A DNA stretch of 62,544 nt, the filler included, from Jimgerdemannia flammicorona (lineage: Eukaryota), in the NCBI GenBank assembly GCA_003990765.1. It is 3 parts of 3 records of this genome, joined end to end, with 100 filler letters (N's around TTAATTAATTAA, not from the genome) between each part and the next. Parts side by side here need not be neighbours in the genome. Positions count along the whole stretch, not along the records: positions 20,899 to 41,672 come from RBNJ01001590.1; 2 more parts are not named here. One strand, given 5' to 3'. Under the pieces are notes generated by a model, which worked only from the letters and a program-made list of their open reading frames with translations, searched no databases and was not told where the DNA came from. Both the position numbers and the translations under genes were made by a program. Numbering within the stretch: position 1 is the first letter of the stretch; every line of letters begins with the position of its first letter. Below are positions 25,111 through 39,075 of this stretch, piece after piece.

Positions 25111-25760
25111 GACTCTCATTGTAATAAATCATTATATATCTATAAGCTACTGGAAATTTCAATGAAAATTCTGATGGAAATTTCTATAGAAATTTCTATG
25201 AAATTTTCAACTAGTAGTTATAGTTACTCAAAATAGTATAAATATATAATGTAACATAGCAGACACTTACTCTTGAAAGTATGTCAGATTTCTGTATCTT
25301 GAAAACTTGACTGTTCTGACTCTCACAGAGTCTTTTGAGTTGTAGGGGAGAGTGGGTGAGTTTGAAGTATATCTGCCTGCAGGCTTACTAGTTCCTTTGC
25401 TATCTCTTTGCTTTGAACTATTTTGATCTGAGGTTTATTCACTCTAAGATACTGGGTTATTTATACAAGTTTTGCTAACTATAAGGTGGCTAAGTAATAG
25501 CTCATTTCGCAAGTATTGAATCTTTTAACATCTGCTAAGATTTTGCTGATCACAAAGATTTTAACATCTCCTAAATCTTTGCAAACATTAAAGTTTCTGC
25601 ACTTTGTGGAATATGGCTGCTATTTATGAGGCTAAGCTATATTGGGAATCAGATTCAGATACCACAATCAAATGTCTAATTCCCCTATTTCATATTACTA
25701 ATTCGGATCAGCTGTCACATCTTTCTCCTGAATAGGTGATTCATCTTAGGAGTATTCTAT

Positions 25761-26126
25761 TCACTCAAATTCCCAGGCTTCTACAATTTGTATTTCCTTA
25801 TACTGTGAGATTTGTATCATTACATTCTTCCAATGTTGTCTGTTGACATATCCAAAGTCTCCTGGAGTTACTCCTTGGAAATGGGCTATGGCTGACTCAT
25901 CATCTTTGAATAACTTGTGCACTCTTTTTGCAATTGTGATCTGAATATAGGAGAGCTGACATTCTCTGATCCAGTCTTCTTTTCCCATCTTCGGTCTTGA
26001 ATTCAGTAGCTGTCCCAACTTGAAGTATTCCTGGAACTCAGTTTGGTTCTGGTAGGCCTTGAAATGTAAGATTCGTGATAAGTGTGTTTGCACTATACTC
26101 TGGATACTGTCAAAGGATTCTTCCAT
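25761..26126 (-). CDS. B1 3' accessory ORF, 121 aa, open; distant homologue of the A/D accessory protein
   Basis: QEYFKLGQLL..IAKRVHKLF..AIAHFQGVTPGDF aligns with QEYEIGNLL..TAKKIHQIF..LIPNLEYVRVSDF; located between integrase and PPT. Confidence 0.7.
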   Translation of the reverse strand: MEESFDSIQSIVQTHLSRILHFKAYQNQTEFQEYFKLGQLLNSRPKMGKEDWIRECQLSYIQITIAKRVHKLFKDDESAIAHFQGVTPGDFGYVNRQHWKNVMIQISQYKEIQIVEAWEFE

Positions 26127-26202
26127 TGTTGGTGGCTCAGTGGAACACCACTGTCTTTCAATGGCTCACTGGGCTGTACTAGTAATTCTGAGGGCAGTAG
26201 TA

Positions 26203-27405
26203 TTACTTTGTTGACTGGTCATAATACTTCTTGAGTTGGTTTCAGTAGATGGTAGTGGAGATGATTGTGCCTGAGAGTTTTTGTAGCCAAAAGGTGGTTC
26301 CTTTTATATCTTGCACAAGGTAAGGTCCTTCCCACTTGGGCTCCAGTTTTCATGATCATGAGGCTTCTACCATGTTCCAATACATCAGGACTTTGTCTCC
26401 TATCTTGATAATCTCCAGGAGTTTGTGGGTTTTTTCTGCATTCTTCCATTATAGTGCCTGTGCCTTCATTATGTAATCCTTAGCCTTCTTCCTGATTTGG
26501 TGTAGTCTCCGTATTTCTCCATCCACATATCTCCATATAGCATCTCCATTGGATGATAGGATTTCTCGAGAACTTTCTTCTCTGAACAGCATCTCCCAAG
26601 GGGTAAAGTGGGTACTTTGTGATCTGATATTCTGGAGAGCAGATAATGCTATTGGCAAATAGTGATCCCAGTTTTCATAGTTATCACAGATCTTGGCGAT
26701 AACATTCTTAAGGATCTTGTTGGTCTTTTCTGCTTGTCTGTTTCCTTGAGAGTGATAGGCTGTGGTCCAAATGTACTGGATCTTATACTTCTTGTAGAGA
26801 ATCTCAAAGAACTGGTTCATGAATTCTGTTCCTCTATCTGTAGTTACTTGCATTGGGGTCTTGAACCAGCAGATGATTTCTTTGTGGAAGAAATCAGCGA
26901 TTGACTGTACATTGGCTTCCTTGAGGGGTCCTGCTTCTATCTACTTTATAAAAAGGTCTACAATGACAATGATATATCGGTTACCAGTCAGGGTCAAGGG
27001 TAGAGGGCTGATTACATCCATTGCTATGTGGGCAAATGGTACTGGTTCTATATGTACTGATCCTGGGGCTTGGTTTTGTTGGTCTTATTTCTGTTTCTGG
27101 TATTTGTTGCAGGTTCTAACAAATTGTCTGATATCTTTATCCATTCCTGGCCACCATATCATTCTTCTTGTCTTGTTGTATGTATTTATTCCTCCTAGAT
27201 GACCGAGTTCATATACTGATTTCATTGCTTGCTCCTTCTTGTGTTCTGGTATGACTAGTAGTTTTCCTTTCTTCAGTATTTGTCCATCAGTTTTGAATTG
27301 TTTCCATGTTCTGTTAATAATCATTTGTGTCTATTCTTCCAGATATTGGAGCATCTTTTGCTGTCTCAGATATATGATGATTTCATAGTAAAGTTCCTTA
27401 TTCAT
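26203..27405 (-). pseudogene. B1 integrase in its own reading frame (MNKELYY...; decayed HHCC, DDE core, GPY tail)
   Basis: The ATG at 27405 overlaps the RNase H-frame stop (CATGAATAA); TDRGTEF and KWEGPY motifs. Confidence 0.85.
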
Positions 27406-30400
27406 GATTGATTTATTGGTTGGCAATGTTTCAGAGTGTCCATGAGAGAGCATCTGCATTGGAATTTATTCTTCTAGGGCAGTATACAATGGTTACATCA
27501 TAGGCTTGTAGCTTCATTATCCATCTGGTATAGATTCCTTTGGGTTGTTCAGTTGTCAGTAGCCAGGTGAGAGCTGAGTGGTCTGTCTGGATGATGAAGT
27601 GTCTTCTGGCCAAATAGTAGTGGAATTTTTCTATAGCCCAGATGACTGCAAAGCATTCTAACTTATAGGATTCATATTCTTTTTCAGCTCCTCAGGTTCC
27701 GTGGCTAAGGTATATAATGATATATTCTTTTTTATCTTCCTTTTGAGCTAGGACTGCTCCTAGTCCCTGTGCACTTGCATCTGTCTACAGAATGAATTCT
27801 TGAGTCCAATTGGGTTGTCTGAGAATGGGTGCCTGAGTTAGTCTGATCTTGAGTTCATCAAATACTTTTTGTTGTCTGCCAGTCTACTGGAACTTGGTAT
27901 CCTTCTTATTGAGTTCATAGATTGGACCTGCAATGTTGGAGAATCCTCTAATAAATCTGCGATAGTAGGAGGCAAGTTTCATGAAGGCTTGAGCTTCTGT
28001 AATAGTGGTGGGTCTTGGGTATACTGCTACTGCTTGTATCTTGAGGGGGTCTGTATATGTTCCATCTCAATTAATAATATGGCCAAGATAGGAGATCTTG
28101 ATTTCTGCAAACTTGCACTTCTTGGGTTTGATGTAAAGGCCATGTTGTCTTAGTCTCTCCATTATCTGCTGTATGTGCTGCAGATGTTCCTCAGGTGTCT
28201 TGCTGTAGATGATTATATCATTGACATAGACTATCATCCATCTTCCTATGTCATAGCAGAAGATTTTGTTCATCATTTGCTGAAAGCTTGCTGGTGTATT
28301 GCACATCCCGAATGGCATTCATAGGTAGATGTAGGTTCTGTCTGGGGTGATGAAGGCTGACTTTTCACTTGCTATCTCTGTGAGTCCGATTTGGTGGAAT
28401 CCTGAGTATAAGTCCAAGGTGCTGTAGTACTGTGCTTCATCTCCCAGTATTATAAGGATGTCACTGATGAGGGGCAGTGGTTGGCAATCCTTCTTGGTAA
28501 CTGTATTGAGCTTTCTGTAGTTGACACAGAGTCTTGGAGTGAATTCTCCAGATTTACTTCCTTTTTTCGAGGCTAGTACAACTGGTGAAGACCAGGGACT
28601 ACTGGCTTCTTTAATAATACCAGCTTCTTCCATCTGCTTGATTTCTTCTCTGAGCCATTCTCTGTAGGCTGGTGGGATAGGTCTTGCCTTCTGGTAAATT
28701 GGTTCGGTGTCTCCAGTATCTACCTCATGATAGTAGTGTGGAGTCTTTCCTTTGATATCCTTGAAGTCAGTGGTAAGGATATCCTCAAATTCATGGAGTA
28801 TTTTCTTGAGTTCCTTCTTGAGTGGGAATTCATTTCTGATGGTATAGCTGTGCTTATTTGTGCTTTCCTCCTTCTTATGCTTCAGTTTGGTGATCTTGGT
28901 GCTGACGAATACTCCTCTTCCTGTAGATCTAAATCCTTTCTTTCCTCTTTTTGTTTCCTTCAGATCCTTGACTTCTATAATCCTTGGTTGTAGGATTGGA
29001 AAGATCAGTATCTGTGCCAATCGGTCCTTCTTCTTGACTGAGAATGAGATTGTAGGATTGTAATTCCTAACAATGAGCAGGATTTCTCCAGTATAGTCAG
29101 AATCGATGACTTCTCCTTCAATCGTAATTTTGCTTCTGACCAGGCTGCTTCTTGTCTTGAGGATCCCGACATGGTCTTTTGGAATAGTCATTTCCAGTCC
29201 AGTTGTAAGTAGGGTGGTTGTCTGGGGTTCTAGTATAACTTCTTCTACTGTGGCGATGTTTATTCCAACTGCATTTTCTGACTTGTATTCTGGCAGAACT
29301 GCATCAGAGTGGGTTCTTCGAATCTTGATATTGATTTATTCATCATCACTGTCCTTCAGGAGGGCTGGTGGTTCATCATCTTCCTCCTCCTTTTCTTCTC
29401 TGATCTGTTTTTCAAGAGCCTTCTGTCTTCTTTCCTGGTGAATCTTTCTGATTCTAATGGTACATTGATAGCAATCATTGATATGCTCCATATAGTACAT
29501 CTTGATTCTGTGAGGACAGACTCCTTGTGGTGCATAGCCTTCTGTGATCTTCTTGCACCATTTTTCTTCACTCAACCATCCTACTTTTCTCTTCAGAATA
29601 GTTACCATATAAGCTACCTCCTGCTTGCTTTCTTCTTCCTCCATGTCAGGCAAGACTCCTTTGTTGACATTGATGGGAATTCATATCCTCTGTCCCTGGT
29701 AGGTGATTTGCATCTTCTGGGCATTGAGATTGATTACTGCCCTAGCTTTGTGAAGCCACTGATTGCCAATAAGGATGTTATAGTTGGTGGTATTGGTTAC
29801 AATCATGTCTACTGAGATGGTTGCTCCTCCAATCTTGATGGAGACATCTCAGATCTTTCCCAGAGAGGTGGCTCTTGTGCCATCTGCTGTGACAAATACC
29901 AACTTAGTTGCTTCTTCAACCTTCCAACCTAGGTAGTCTGCTGCCTTCTTACTGAGAAGACATCCTCCTGCTCCAGTATTGATGATAGCTTCAAAGACTC
30001 TATCTTTGATTTGGTATATTGCATAGGCAGAGGTTTTGTGATTGTCTTCACTTTCTTCTCCTGAGTCCTCTTGAACGTTATTGGCCTTGGTTATCTTCCA
30101 TCCTTGCTCCTTGGTTGTTTCGGCAAGTCTGAATCTCATTTGTTGTCTGAATGTTGAGATTTCTGCAAGCTGACCAAAGGTTGTATTGACCTTTTGTTGG
30201 CTAAGGTTCTTGAAGATATTGTACTTGAAAGTCTTGGTCTTGCAAAGTTTCTTTTCTTTTTCTCCTTCACTGGCTGGGGTAGTTCCTCAGATAATATCTT
30301 AAACTGCTTGCTCCAGCTCCATATCTTGGTCCATCTCTTCAGCTTGGCTTTTGGTGGCTGTTTCTATCTGCTTTTCTACTAAGTTCTTCTTGGGTCTTTC

Positions 30401-31382
30401 TGCTGATCTCTTGTAGAGTTCCTTGCAAACATTCTTCTTGGTAGTCTGAGCAGGATAGGCCTCCCATTCTTCTTCATCAGAATCTCCAATTTCCTCGAAG
30501 GTAATTGTATTGGCCTGCTCCTTGTTTCATATAGCATTGCTTGGTTGAGCCTTGCACTTGGTTTCGCTCATACATTCATAGGAGTAGTGGCCTTCTTCTC
30601 TACAAGTATAGCAGGTGCCTTTCTTCTTGTCTGAGGTGGCAGCAAACTTCTGGACAGGGTGGCAGTCTCTTCCTCTGATCTCCTTTACTATATTCTCCAA
30701 GTGGGCAGCCATTTCTACAAACCTCTTGGTAAGTTTCTCCAAAGGATCACTGTTCTTTTGCTGCTCTGTAGCTTTGGGCTGAGGTGTATTTTGATTGATC
30801 ATTGTGGTAGAGATCACACTGGTTGACTTAGGTGCCTCAACTCTGACTCCTGTAACTCTCTCCATTGAATGGTCTTGTGGGTGTCTGGCTATCCAGTATC
30901 ACTGAGCATAGGTGACCTTCTATAGCAGATCCAGAATCACTAGTGATGAGCGGATGGCCATAGCTATTTCTGGGTGGACTTCTTTCATAAAGGTTGCTTC
31001 AGCTACTTGATCTCGGATAGCAGCAGCATAATCTGCAAGAATTATCTGATATCAAATTCTGGTATAGAATGTGTTTGGATCCTCACTCATTCCTTGGTAT
31101 GTTGTGTTGAGCTGATCCTTCAGGGCTTACTTGATCTCATCTATATAATATGTATTTCGGAGCCAGGTCTTCTGTGCTGTCAGTATAGCATTGGCATCAT
31201 TTCCTGCATGGGTTGCGGCTATGAATGCTGCTCTGGCAGGACCTCATAGGCTAAAGGGCATGAGGGCTACTTGCTGTGCTACTGTCAGGCCTTACAGCAG
31301 CATACTGCTCGAAATCATCAATGAAGGTAATGATTGATTCATCTGAGGTATATCTATGGAATACTGGTGATCTCATATCCAT
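27398..31382 (-). pseudogene. B1 gag-CCHC-PR-Cys/His module(29462-29560)-dUTPase(~28915-29340)-RT-RH
   Basis: CYTCREEGHYSYEC; IINTGAG; TRSSL, GEVIDSDYTGEI, DRLAQ, RGKKGFRST; SPWSSPVV, YVND, TDAS. Confidence 0.9.
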
Positions 31383-31966
31383 CTTGTCTGGGTATTGGGG
31401 CTTGGTTTGTATGGTTGTTTAGGTAGGGGTAGTTGTTCATTATTCAGCTTGAAAGTGAGGGATTCATCTTGAATCACTAGCCAATGGGCACCAAGTTATA
31501 ATATAGTGGACACTTACTCTTGAAAGTATGTCAGATTTCTGTATCTTGAAAACTTGACTGTTCTGACTCTTGTAGAGTCTCTTGAGTTGCAGGGGAGAGT
31601 GGGTGAGTTAGAAGTATATCTGTCCACAGACTTACTAGTTCCTTTGCTATCTCTTTGCTTTGAACTATTTCAATCTGAGGTTTATTCACTCTAAGATACT
31701 GGGTTATTTATACAAGTTTTGCTAACTATAAGGTGGCTAAGTAATGGCTCATTTTATAAGTGTTGAATCTTTTAACATCTGCTAAGATTTTGCTGATCAT
31801 GAAGATTTTAACATCTCTTAAATCTTTGCAAATGTTAAAGTTTCTGCACTTTGTGGAATGTGGCTACTATTTATGAGGCTAAGCTATATTGGGAATCAGA
31901 TTTAGATACTGCAATTAAATATCTAATTCCCCTATTTCATGTTACTAATTTGGATCAGCCATCATA

Positions 31967-34900
31967 ATAGATATACCATTTAGTTATAGTCTTAAATATA
32001 TTTAAATACTCTTTATACTAAATATATTATAACCTCAGCTCTACTTTCTTTGAATATAAGAATAAAGTAGTATTCTTATTACAGAACTCTCAGATCTGAC
32101 TTATTAATAATTCTGAGCCTAATCAACTTGAAATACAAAGATAATACTTCTATTAGTATAAGAACAAAGTAATATCTGGGCTCTGCTATAATAGATAATT
32201 AGAACTCAGTACTTTCTTAAAAACTTAGAGCTTAGGACCAATAGTTATTATTGACTATTTATAATATATTAATTCTATTAGTATATAGTTTTATTATAAT
32301 TTAGTAGTAATGAAGTTACTCTTTACTCATAAGCAATCTTTCCTTTAAAAATTTATTATAGATAATCAGAACTAGTCAATATTACTAATATTATTAGTAA
32401 TAGTTAAGAAGTATTTTCATTCTGAATATTTCTAAAACTTAAGCTAAAGAATCTAATAGAATTATTACTAAGTATACTAAAACTCATACTAACTAAGAGA
32501 AGTTTGACAAACTCAACAATAAAATCATTTAAGAAGTATTTAATATATATCTTCCTTATATTTAACACAGAAGTTCTATACTACTGAACTTAAGGAGGAA
32601 TTCAATAAGTTAATTAATAGCTACTTTTATAAGAAATATATATAAGAATCCATTGAGACTATAAGTGAATATTTTCTGAATCTTCTCTCAATAATTACTA
32701 TTATAAATCCAAAATCTTTCAGAACTATAAGAGATATTATATCTATTAAAAGAAATCTCACTTCTATTATTGATTTCTCTATATATAAGTATGAATAATC
32801 TAGTAATAAGAACTACAAGCTATTATATCTAGTGAGACTTCTGCTATATTATCCAAACTTAGAAAGATAATTAAAAAGATATCTGAACCTAATATTAGTA
32901 GTCTCAGTACTATTATAAAACTACTATTAAGAATATTAAGTCTATTAAAAATCACAGCAGATCTAATAGTTACCTCATCAAGACTACTAATCTATAAGCT
33001 TACTTATCTTAGTAATATTATAGAAAAGTCAATACTAAATCACAATCAATATACTATAATAATAGAAGAAAGACCTCAATAATCTTACTAAATAGATAAT
33101 AGAGATAGTAGAATAATATCTATAAATAATAAAATAGTAGTACTAGCTGAGTTCATCTATTGATTAAATGTAGTTCTTCATATAAGAATCTCATTCTAGA
33201 ATCAGGAGAAATGATTATCTTCAAAACCTTTGTATTATCTGACTTTAGAATCTTTTCTTCAAATCCAATGAGGATATAAAGAACCTAGATATAGAAGAAT
33301 ATATATTTCTTAACAAAATAAACCCTGTATACTTTTAAGTAATTAATCAAAGCTGAAAAAGTCTCATCCTGTCAAAATAAACTATTATAGACTATCTGGT
33401 ACCCTATCTCAATCAGATATATAAAGAAGTTTATAAACTAAACCTATTGAAAAATAGTAAAAGTCTTAGAAAAAAGAAAGAACCTCTCTATAATTCAGAA
33501 GAAAGTAAAGTCTTTTACCAATATTTGAATCTCAGTAATAGTAACAACTAGTAGAACTTCTTCATAAATACTAAGATATCTTTACTACAAACTATAGTAT
33601 CTGCTATATAACTCAATATACTACTATAGCATAAATATAGAAAATGCAATATCTATTCAGCAGAAGCCTTATAGAATACCTCATTATCTAAAGATATTTA
33701 AGAAAGAATACATCTAGAAACTCTTAGACAATAGAGTCATCTAGCCCCTGAGCTAGTTCTATACTTATTATATCTAAGAAGAGAAAATAAAGACTCTGTA
33801 TAGATTACAGAAAGCTCAACTTAGTTACAGAAAAAGATATCTACCCCTTATCCAGAATTGACTAATTACAAGATATCAGATACTTCTATAGTATAGACCT
33901 TTTTACAGAATTTTACAAAATCTCTATAGATTTTAAGGATATTTGGAAAACAGTCCTTCTTATCCTAAAAAAAACTGTTTAAATATCTCTAAATATTCTT
34001 TAGACTCTATAATATACCCCCTACCTTCTAGAGAATAATGAACTCAATCTATGGTCCACTTAATACTCTAAATGAGTCAATTTAAATCAGTTTAAATTCA
34101 TCATATGATCAATTCAAATCAGTTTTAATTCAATTCAAATCAGTTCAAATTCATTACATGATCAATTTGAATTGCCAAATTCAAATCTCAATTCAAATCA
34201 CTAAATTTATATTATATAAATCTTAGAAATAAAGCACAATATCTCCATGAATATTCATCCAAATTCAATGAAATAAACTGTGCTGTATTCACCTGATTAA
34301 GGGCCTTTCAGAAATATAGGGTACACTGAATTTGGACCAGTATTCATAGAGAAACTTAACAAAACATCCATAGGTCATAGTTGAGCCATATTCTGTAAAT
34401 ATTTTTGTTGATTTTCTTTATGAATACTGGTCAAAATTAAATGAAACCTATATTACTGAAAAGCTTTCAATCAGGCGAATACAGCACACCTTGTTTTGTT
34501 GAATTTGGATGAATATTCATAGAGATATTAGGTGATTTATATTGATTGTTTTGGTTAATTATTATTTTTTCCAAATTAGGATCCAATTTGAATTGATTCA
34601 AATCTGATTCAAATTCTATATAACTAGATTTGAATCAGATTCAAATCTGTCCAATTCAAATAAGATTTGAATCACACTGACTTGTTTGGAGCACTAGATA
34701 TACTGATCTGCTACTACTTGATTATATATATATAAGTTAATACTATTATAGATCATCTATATATATTCTGTCTTTTATATCTCTCTGCTCAAACCATACT
34801 ATAATAGTCTACACAAGTACTCAAACCAGACTTCTCACCTCTTTTAGTTAATAGTTATATTAAGTATAAAGTTGAGAAAATTCTTACTAAATATATATAT

Positions 34901-35060
34901 TACAATTATACTAAATATCTTATCAAATAAATAGGCTATCCTAAGTATGATAGTACTTAGAAACCTATTGAAAATCTCAAGAATACTTAATGAGCTCTTT
35001 ATGAATATAAACATTAAGGACAATATTCTCTTTCAAGTAAGAGAGAATGTAATAATCCTC
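31967..35060 (+). mobile_element. Very AT-rich decayed chromovirus remnant (RT ~33700-34050, chromodomain ~34860-34990)
   Basis: RLCIDYRKLNLVTEKDIYPLSRID; KYKVEKIL..YLIK*IGYPKYDST*KPIENL; purine tract followed by TGTAAT at ~35048. Confidence 0.65.
34061..34696. mobile_element. Non-autonomous TIR element (hAT-like MITE) with internal palindrome
   Basis: Left TAATACTCTAAATGAGTCA vs reverse complement of the right end TAGTGCTCCAAACAAGTCA differ only by transitions; subterminal (A)TTCAAAT repeats; degenerate 8-bp flanks GGTCCACT/GATATACT. Confidence 0.65.
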
Positions 35061-36384
35061 TATATACTATTTTTTTTTTATTAAATTATTATTTTTTCTT
35101 TATTATATTACTCAGGAGAACATTTTAGAATAGCTTAAAATAGTATAAAATTACTTAGTTATTTACCAAGAATCTGTTTTCTAAATAGTTCTACTAAGAT
35201 TCCATCAATTAATAATTGATGCTTAGTAACTCTCTATAATGTTTTACTAAGTTCTACTAAGTATAACTTATTGCTTAATATCTAACTTAGTATAGTTCTA
35301 TTTGTTTCTTTTTTTTTCTATTTCTCTTATATAAATATTCTCTCTAAATTCTTCAATAAAGCTCAGTTTAGTTAGTTATTATATATTTACTCAAATTTCT
35401 TATAGATAATAGAACTTTTCAAGCTCTATTACCTAAATCTAGTTATATATTTCTATTTGAAAATTTGCTGATATATAATCTAGTCTCAGATTTCATCTGA
35501 CTTAATTATATTAAAACTTTCTTATACTTTAATAAGTATGATTGTTCTCTATAATAGATATTCTGAAGATAGTATTATTGATCTTAAACAAGATATAGTA
35601 GATCTGAGTATTTTTGAAGGAGTTATTTCTAATCCTTCTGATTCTATAGTAGCTAGTCCTAATAGTAGTTTTATGAAAGAGACTGGTAGAGCTTCTGAGG
35701 GAAACTAAGATTGGACAATGAGGTTTTTAAGTTCTTATATAAGTTTATTGAAGTTTCTAGTAGAGCTATCTATATTATCTAATCAATCTAGTAATAAGTC
35801 TATTAGTACTAATTGAGAATTCTATACTATATTAGCTTTTGATTAAGATCTTTCTAATACTGAGAAATTGATAAGTTTTGAGATAATTACTTTTTTTCTT
35901 ATCTAAATACTAGTAATGACTTATTCTTCTATAGTAATAGAAATAAGTATTATATATATTAAATATATCTAGTTTAGCTATTGAATTCTTGTAAGCTAAA
36001 AAGTCATATAGATTTAAAGAAAATCTTTTCAGTTGAGCTCCCAAATATAATATACTAGCTCAATAGAGATAAATTATAAGGTTGAGAGATTGATATAGTT
36101 TGGCTTAAGTCTCTAGCTACTTTGTTAAAAAGTAATAAAATATTCTATAATTTCTGATTTTGATATTTAATAGTATAGTAGTCAAATCTGGATATAATAG
36201 TTAATTTCTCAGTATAGTATAATAATTTTTAAAAGTATGTAATTTCTAGCATAATAATCTTAGTGGACTTTCTTATTTTAATTTCTTAAATATAGTAATA
36301 ACTTAATTTTGGTAGATAACTTAGATAACTCAGATAGTATAGATTTCTTTTTTAGCAAAGATATCAAAGACTGGCTTTATTTAT

Positions 36385-37898
36385 TGTCATGTAGTGGTCG
36401 CTGAGTCCTTCAAATATGCCAGATTCTCTTCAAGATACATATATCTCTTAGACTAACTCAAGTTTGTTATAAGCAAGTTCTTATTGGAGTACCTTCCCAA
36501 GGTCTTATAGTCCTCAAACTTCTTATCTTTAACTGTCTTGTTATCTCTTAGATTGCTTGCAAGAAAGTGTGTATAAGTGAAACTGGAACTTGACTGACTT
36601 TATTCCAGAGGAAATAAGAGAGGTATTTATACAAAATATAATTCAATGGTTGCTAAGATATAAAGCTAAATATAAATTTCAATAACTAAAACTACTAAGT
36701 TCCAGGGCTGGTATTATTTAGTATTACATCAAAATGCCAGTGCTGGAACAATTTTGTGTCACCTCAGAATACTGGTGCTGGCATTATCCAGTATAACAAA
36801 GAACTTAGAGTAGAAAGTTCAGGACCATGGGAGCTTCATCATCATCATCACTGAAGGAGATGAGGTCCATGAATTCGTTGTGCAGGCCGCATGTCTCATG
36901 TACTTCGTTGTCATGTGTTTCATATACTTCGTGTGCTTTGGGTATGTCACACGGGATGATGTCATCAATGACATCATCACATTCAGCTGTGGCGGGGAAA
37001 TTGGGAACAAGGTCTGAAGCTCTCCAGTCTATGAGGTTCTCTTCCACAAAATAAGAAACAAATGTGGTATCTTGGGGAGATCTAACCTGGATGCTTGGGC
37101 CTTGGAATACTGAGATCAATCCTTGCAGGAATTGGTCTGGGTTGTCCTGAAGGATAGGGTGCCAGAAGTCTTCTACTTCTTCACTATTGAGGGTGATGAT
37201 AGACTGGGCTTCTGTGGCTACTCTGGCTTTTAGTGCATTGATACGGCAGGATGACAGATCTCTGAAGTCTGAGACTCTAACATACTCCAAGTTGGAGATC
37301 GACTATGGTGTATGTCTGAAGATCTGATGGATCTTCTTTGCTGTCCTTGCCTTATGTAGGTCCATGGGAGTGGCATCTTGTAGCTCTTGAGGGCTGGCCT
37401 GTGGGAACTCCTGGCAGAGGAGGTTTCCTATTTCGTATTCCTACCACATTTGAAGGCATTCAGTAGCAATGGTGATCCTTGTTTCCATTTTGCAGTGGTA
37501 GAGAATGAAGTGATAGGGGTCTGTGGTACCTAGGTTGACAATAGGAGTCCTTCTTGAGTGGGTCCTCATGGCTCTTCTGATGTCTTGGAACATCCTTTTC
37601 TCGACCGAGATACCTTGATGATTCCTTGACCTTGAGGTTTGGCAGACAGCAGGCATTTTGTTTATAGTAAGTCTTTGAGCTATTTTGGGATTGGTAGTTC
37701 TTATTGGTTACTGCTACTGCAGTTCCTTGATCCTTTTTTTATATTCTTCAGGATGCTCATGCTGTAGTCACAATGACTCACAGTTGGTCATCATTGCTCA
37801 TCTTATATGCTATATGATCTTCTTGTACTCCGATCTGGTGGCTTGTAAAGAAAGGCTGTCTCCTATACTAATGTCATCATTCTGGGGTCACCATTATA
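36385..37898 (-). mobile_element. Solo LTR of family D (1514 bp) with 4-bp TSD TTAT
   Basis: Reverse complement of 50188-51658 from end to end; TTAT at 36381-36384 and 37899-37902; no PBS or PPT adjacent. Confidence 0.92.
36805..37656 (-). pseudogene. LTR-encoded accessory ORF in solo LTR (~283 codons, internal stops)
   Basis: ORF pieces 37441-37656 and 36805-37290 are in one frame and match 50429-51250. Confidence 0.8.
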
Positions 37899-38499
37899 TT
37901 ATATATATAATTATGAGTTTACTGTAAAGTTATATCAAATAGACTAGCTTTGTGGCAAGATATAGACTTCTTGAAAATTATTATAGAATATTTGAAAAAG
38001 ATAAGTAGAGAGAAGTAAGATGTAGAAATTATATATTAATACTTGCTCATACTTTTATATATATTGATAATATTTACAGAATAATATAGTCAGGCTATAG
38101 CTATTCTACTAAATTAAGTTACTATAATTAAGATATTTCAATACTCTTACTGAATGAGATATATCTCAGAATATATAAATAAAACTAAAATATGACTAAC
38201 TGAATACTATTTAAATAACTGAAAAAGGTCCAACTTTTCTACTTATAAGTATAAAAATAGATCAAAAATATAGTAGAATATTAATAATATAGATTCAGAT
38301 ATATTTATAAATAAAGAGATATAAGTAATATTAGAGAGATGTATATATATAATATATAAAATATAGTGGGAGGCCTTTTAATACTCTGAAAAACTTTCTA
38401 TCATCACTATATTATTATTATTATTTGCTACTTACTGGTATAGTTACTGCTTACTGATATAAAATTGTCTATAAGTCCTATTTCTTATATACATAAGTT

Positions 38500-39075
38500 A
38501 AACTTTATCTTTAGAAGGGCTTTAGTCAATAAATCTACTATTATATATTCTATCAGAATATATTCTAGATATATTGTACTATTTTTCACATATTTCTATA
38601 TAAAATGATATTATATATCAATATGTTTAATCTTTATATAATGTATAGAGTTCTTTGCTATAATAATTGTAGATTAATTGTCTTATTAGAGTAGCATAGA
38701 GTACTGTTGTTTATATTCTAACTTTTTTTGTAGTTCCTGAAGCCATATAACTTCCTTTGTTGCTATAGACAGCACTTAGTACTCTGCTTATATAGATGAT
38801 ATTATCACTAAAGATATATTATATATTTGTTATAAAATAGCTCTATTTTCACTAATTTTAAAGAGATATCTGATTATAGACCATCTGTCATCTAGATCAT
38901 TGATCCAATTGATATTATATATATTAGATAACATTATAGCATTCCTGCTTGATCTATTGCTACTTAAATATAGTATATAATATACTATATCTTTAATATA
39001 TCTAAAAATGCACTTGATTTCTATCTAATGTGAATTGTCATAGTAGAATAAGTACTGCATCACTTTGTTGACTAT
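38500..39075 (-). mobile_element. Decayed Ty1/copia RT-RNase H remnant, target of the B2 insertion
   Basis: IFRYIKD; NWINDLDDRWSIIRY; KEVIWL; DN*STIIIAKNSIHYIKIKHIDI*YHFI; VDLLTK are the copia RT/RH signatures after C>T/G>A decay. Confidence 0.8.

Larger units (their letters stand above)
25250..31966 (-). mobile_element. Full-length Ty3/gypsy element, family B copy B1
   Basis: 470-bp LTRs at 25250-25719 and 31497-31966; PPT CAGGAGAAAGA; PBS TGGTGCCCATTGG ending at 31493; 4-bp flanks ATAA/ATAG. Confidence 0.95.

Noticed and set aside
25140..25223. ~85-bp inverted-repeat-bounded unit with GAAATTT repeats
   Set aside because: Possibly a tiny MITE, but a single AT-rich copy without a clear TSD; not supportable.
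35060..36384. AT-rich tract with faint retroelement-like translation
   Set aside because: Too decayed to assign a class.
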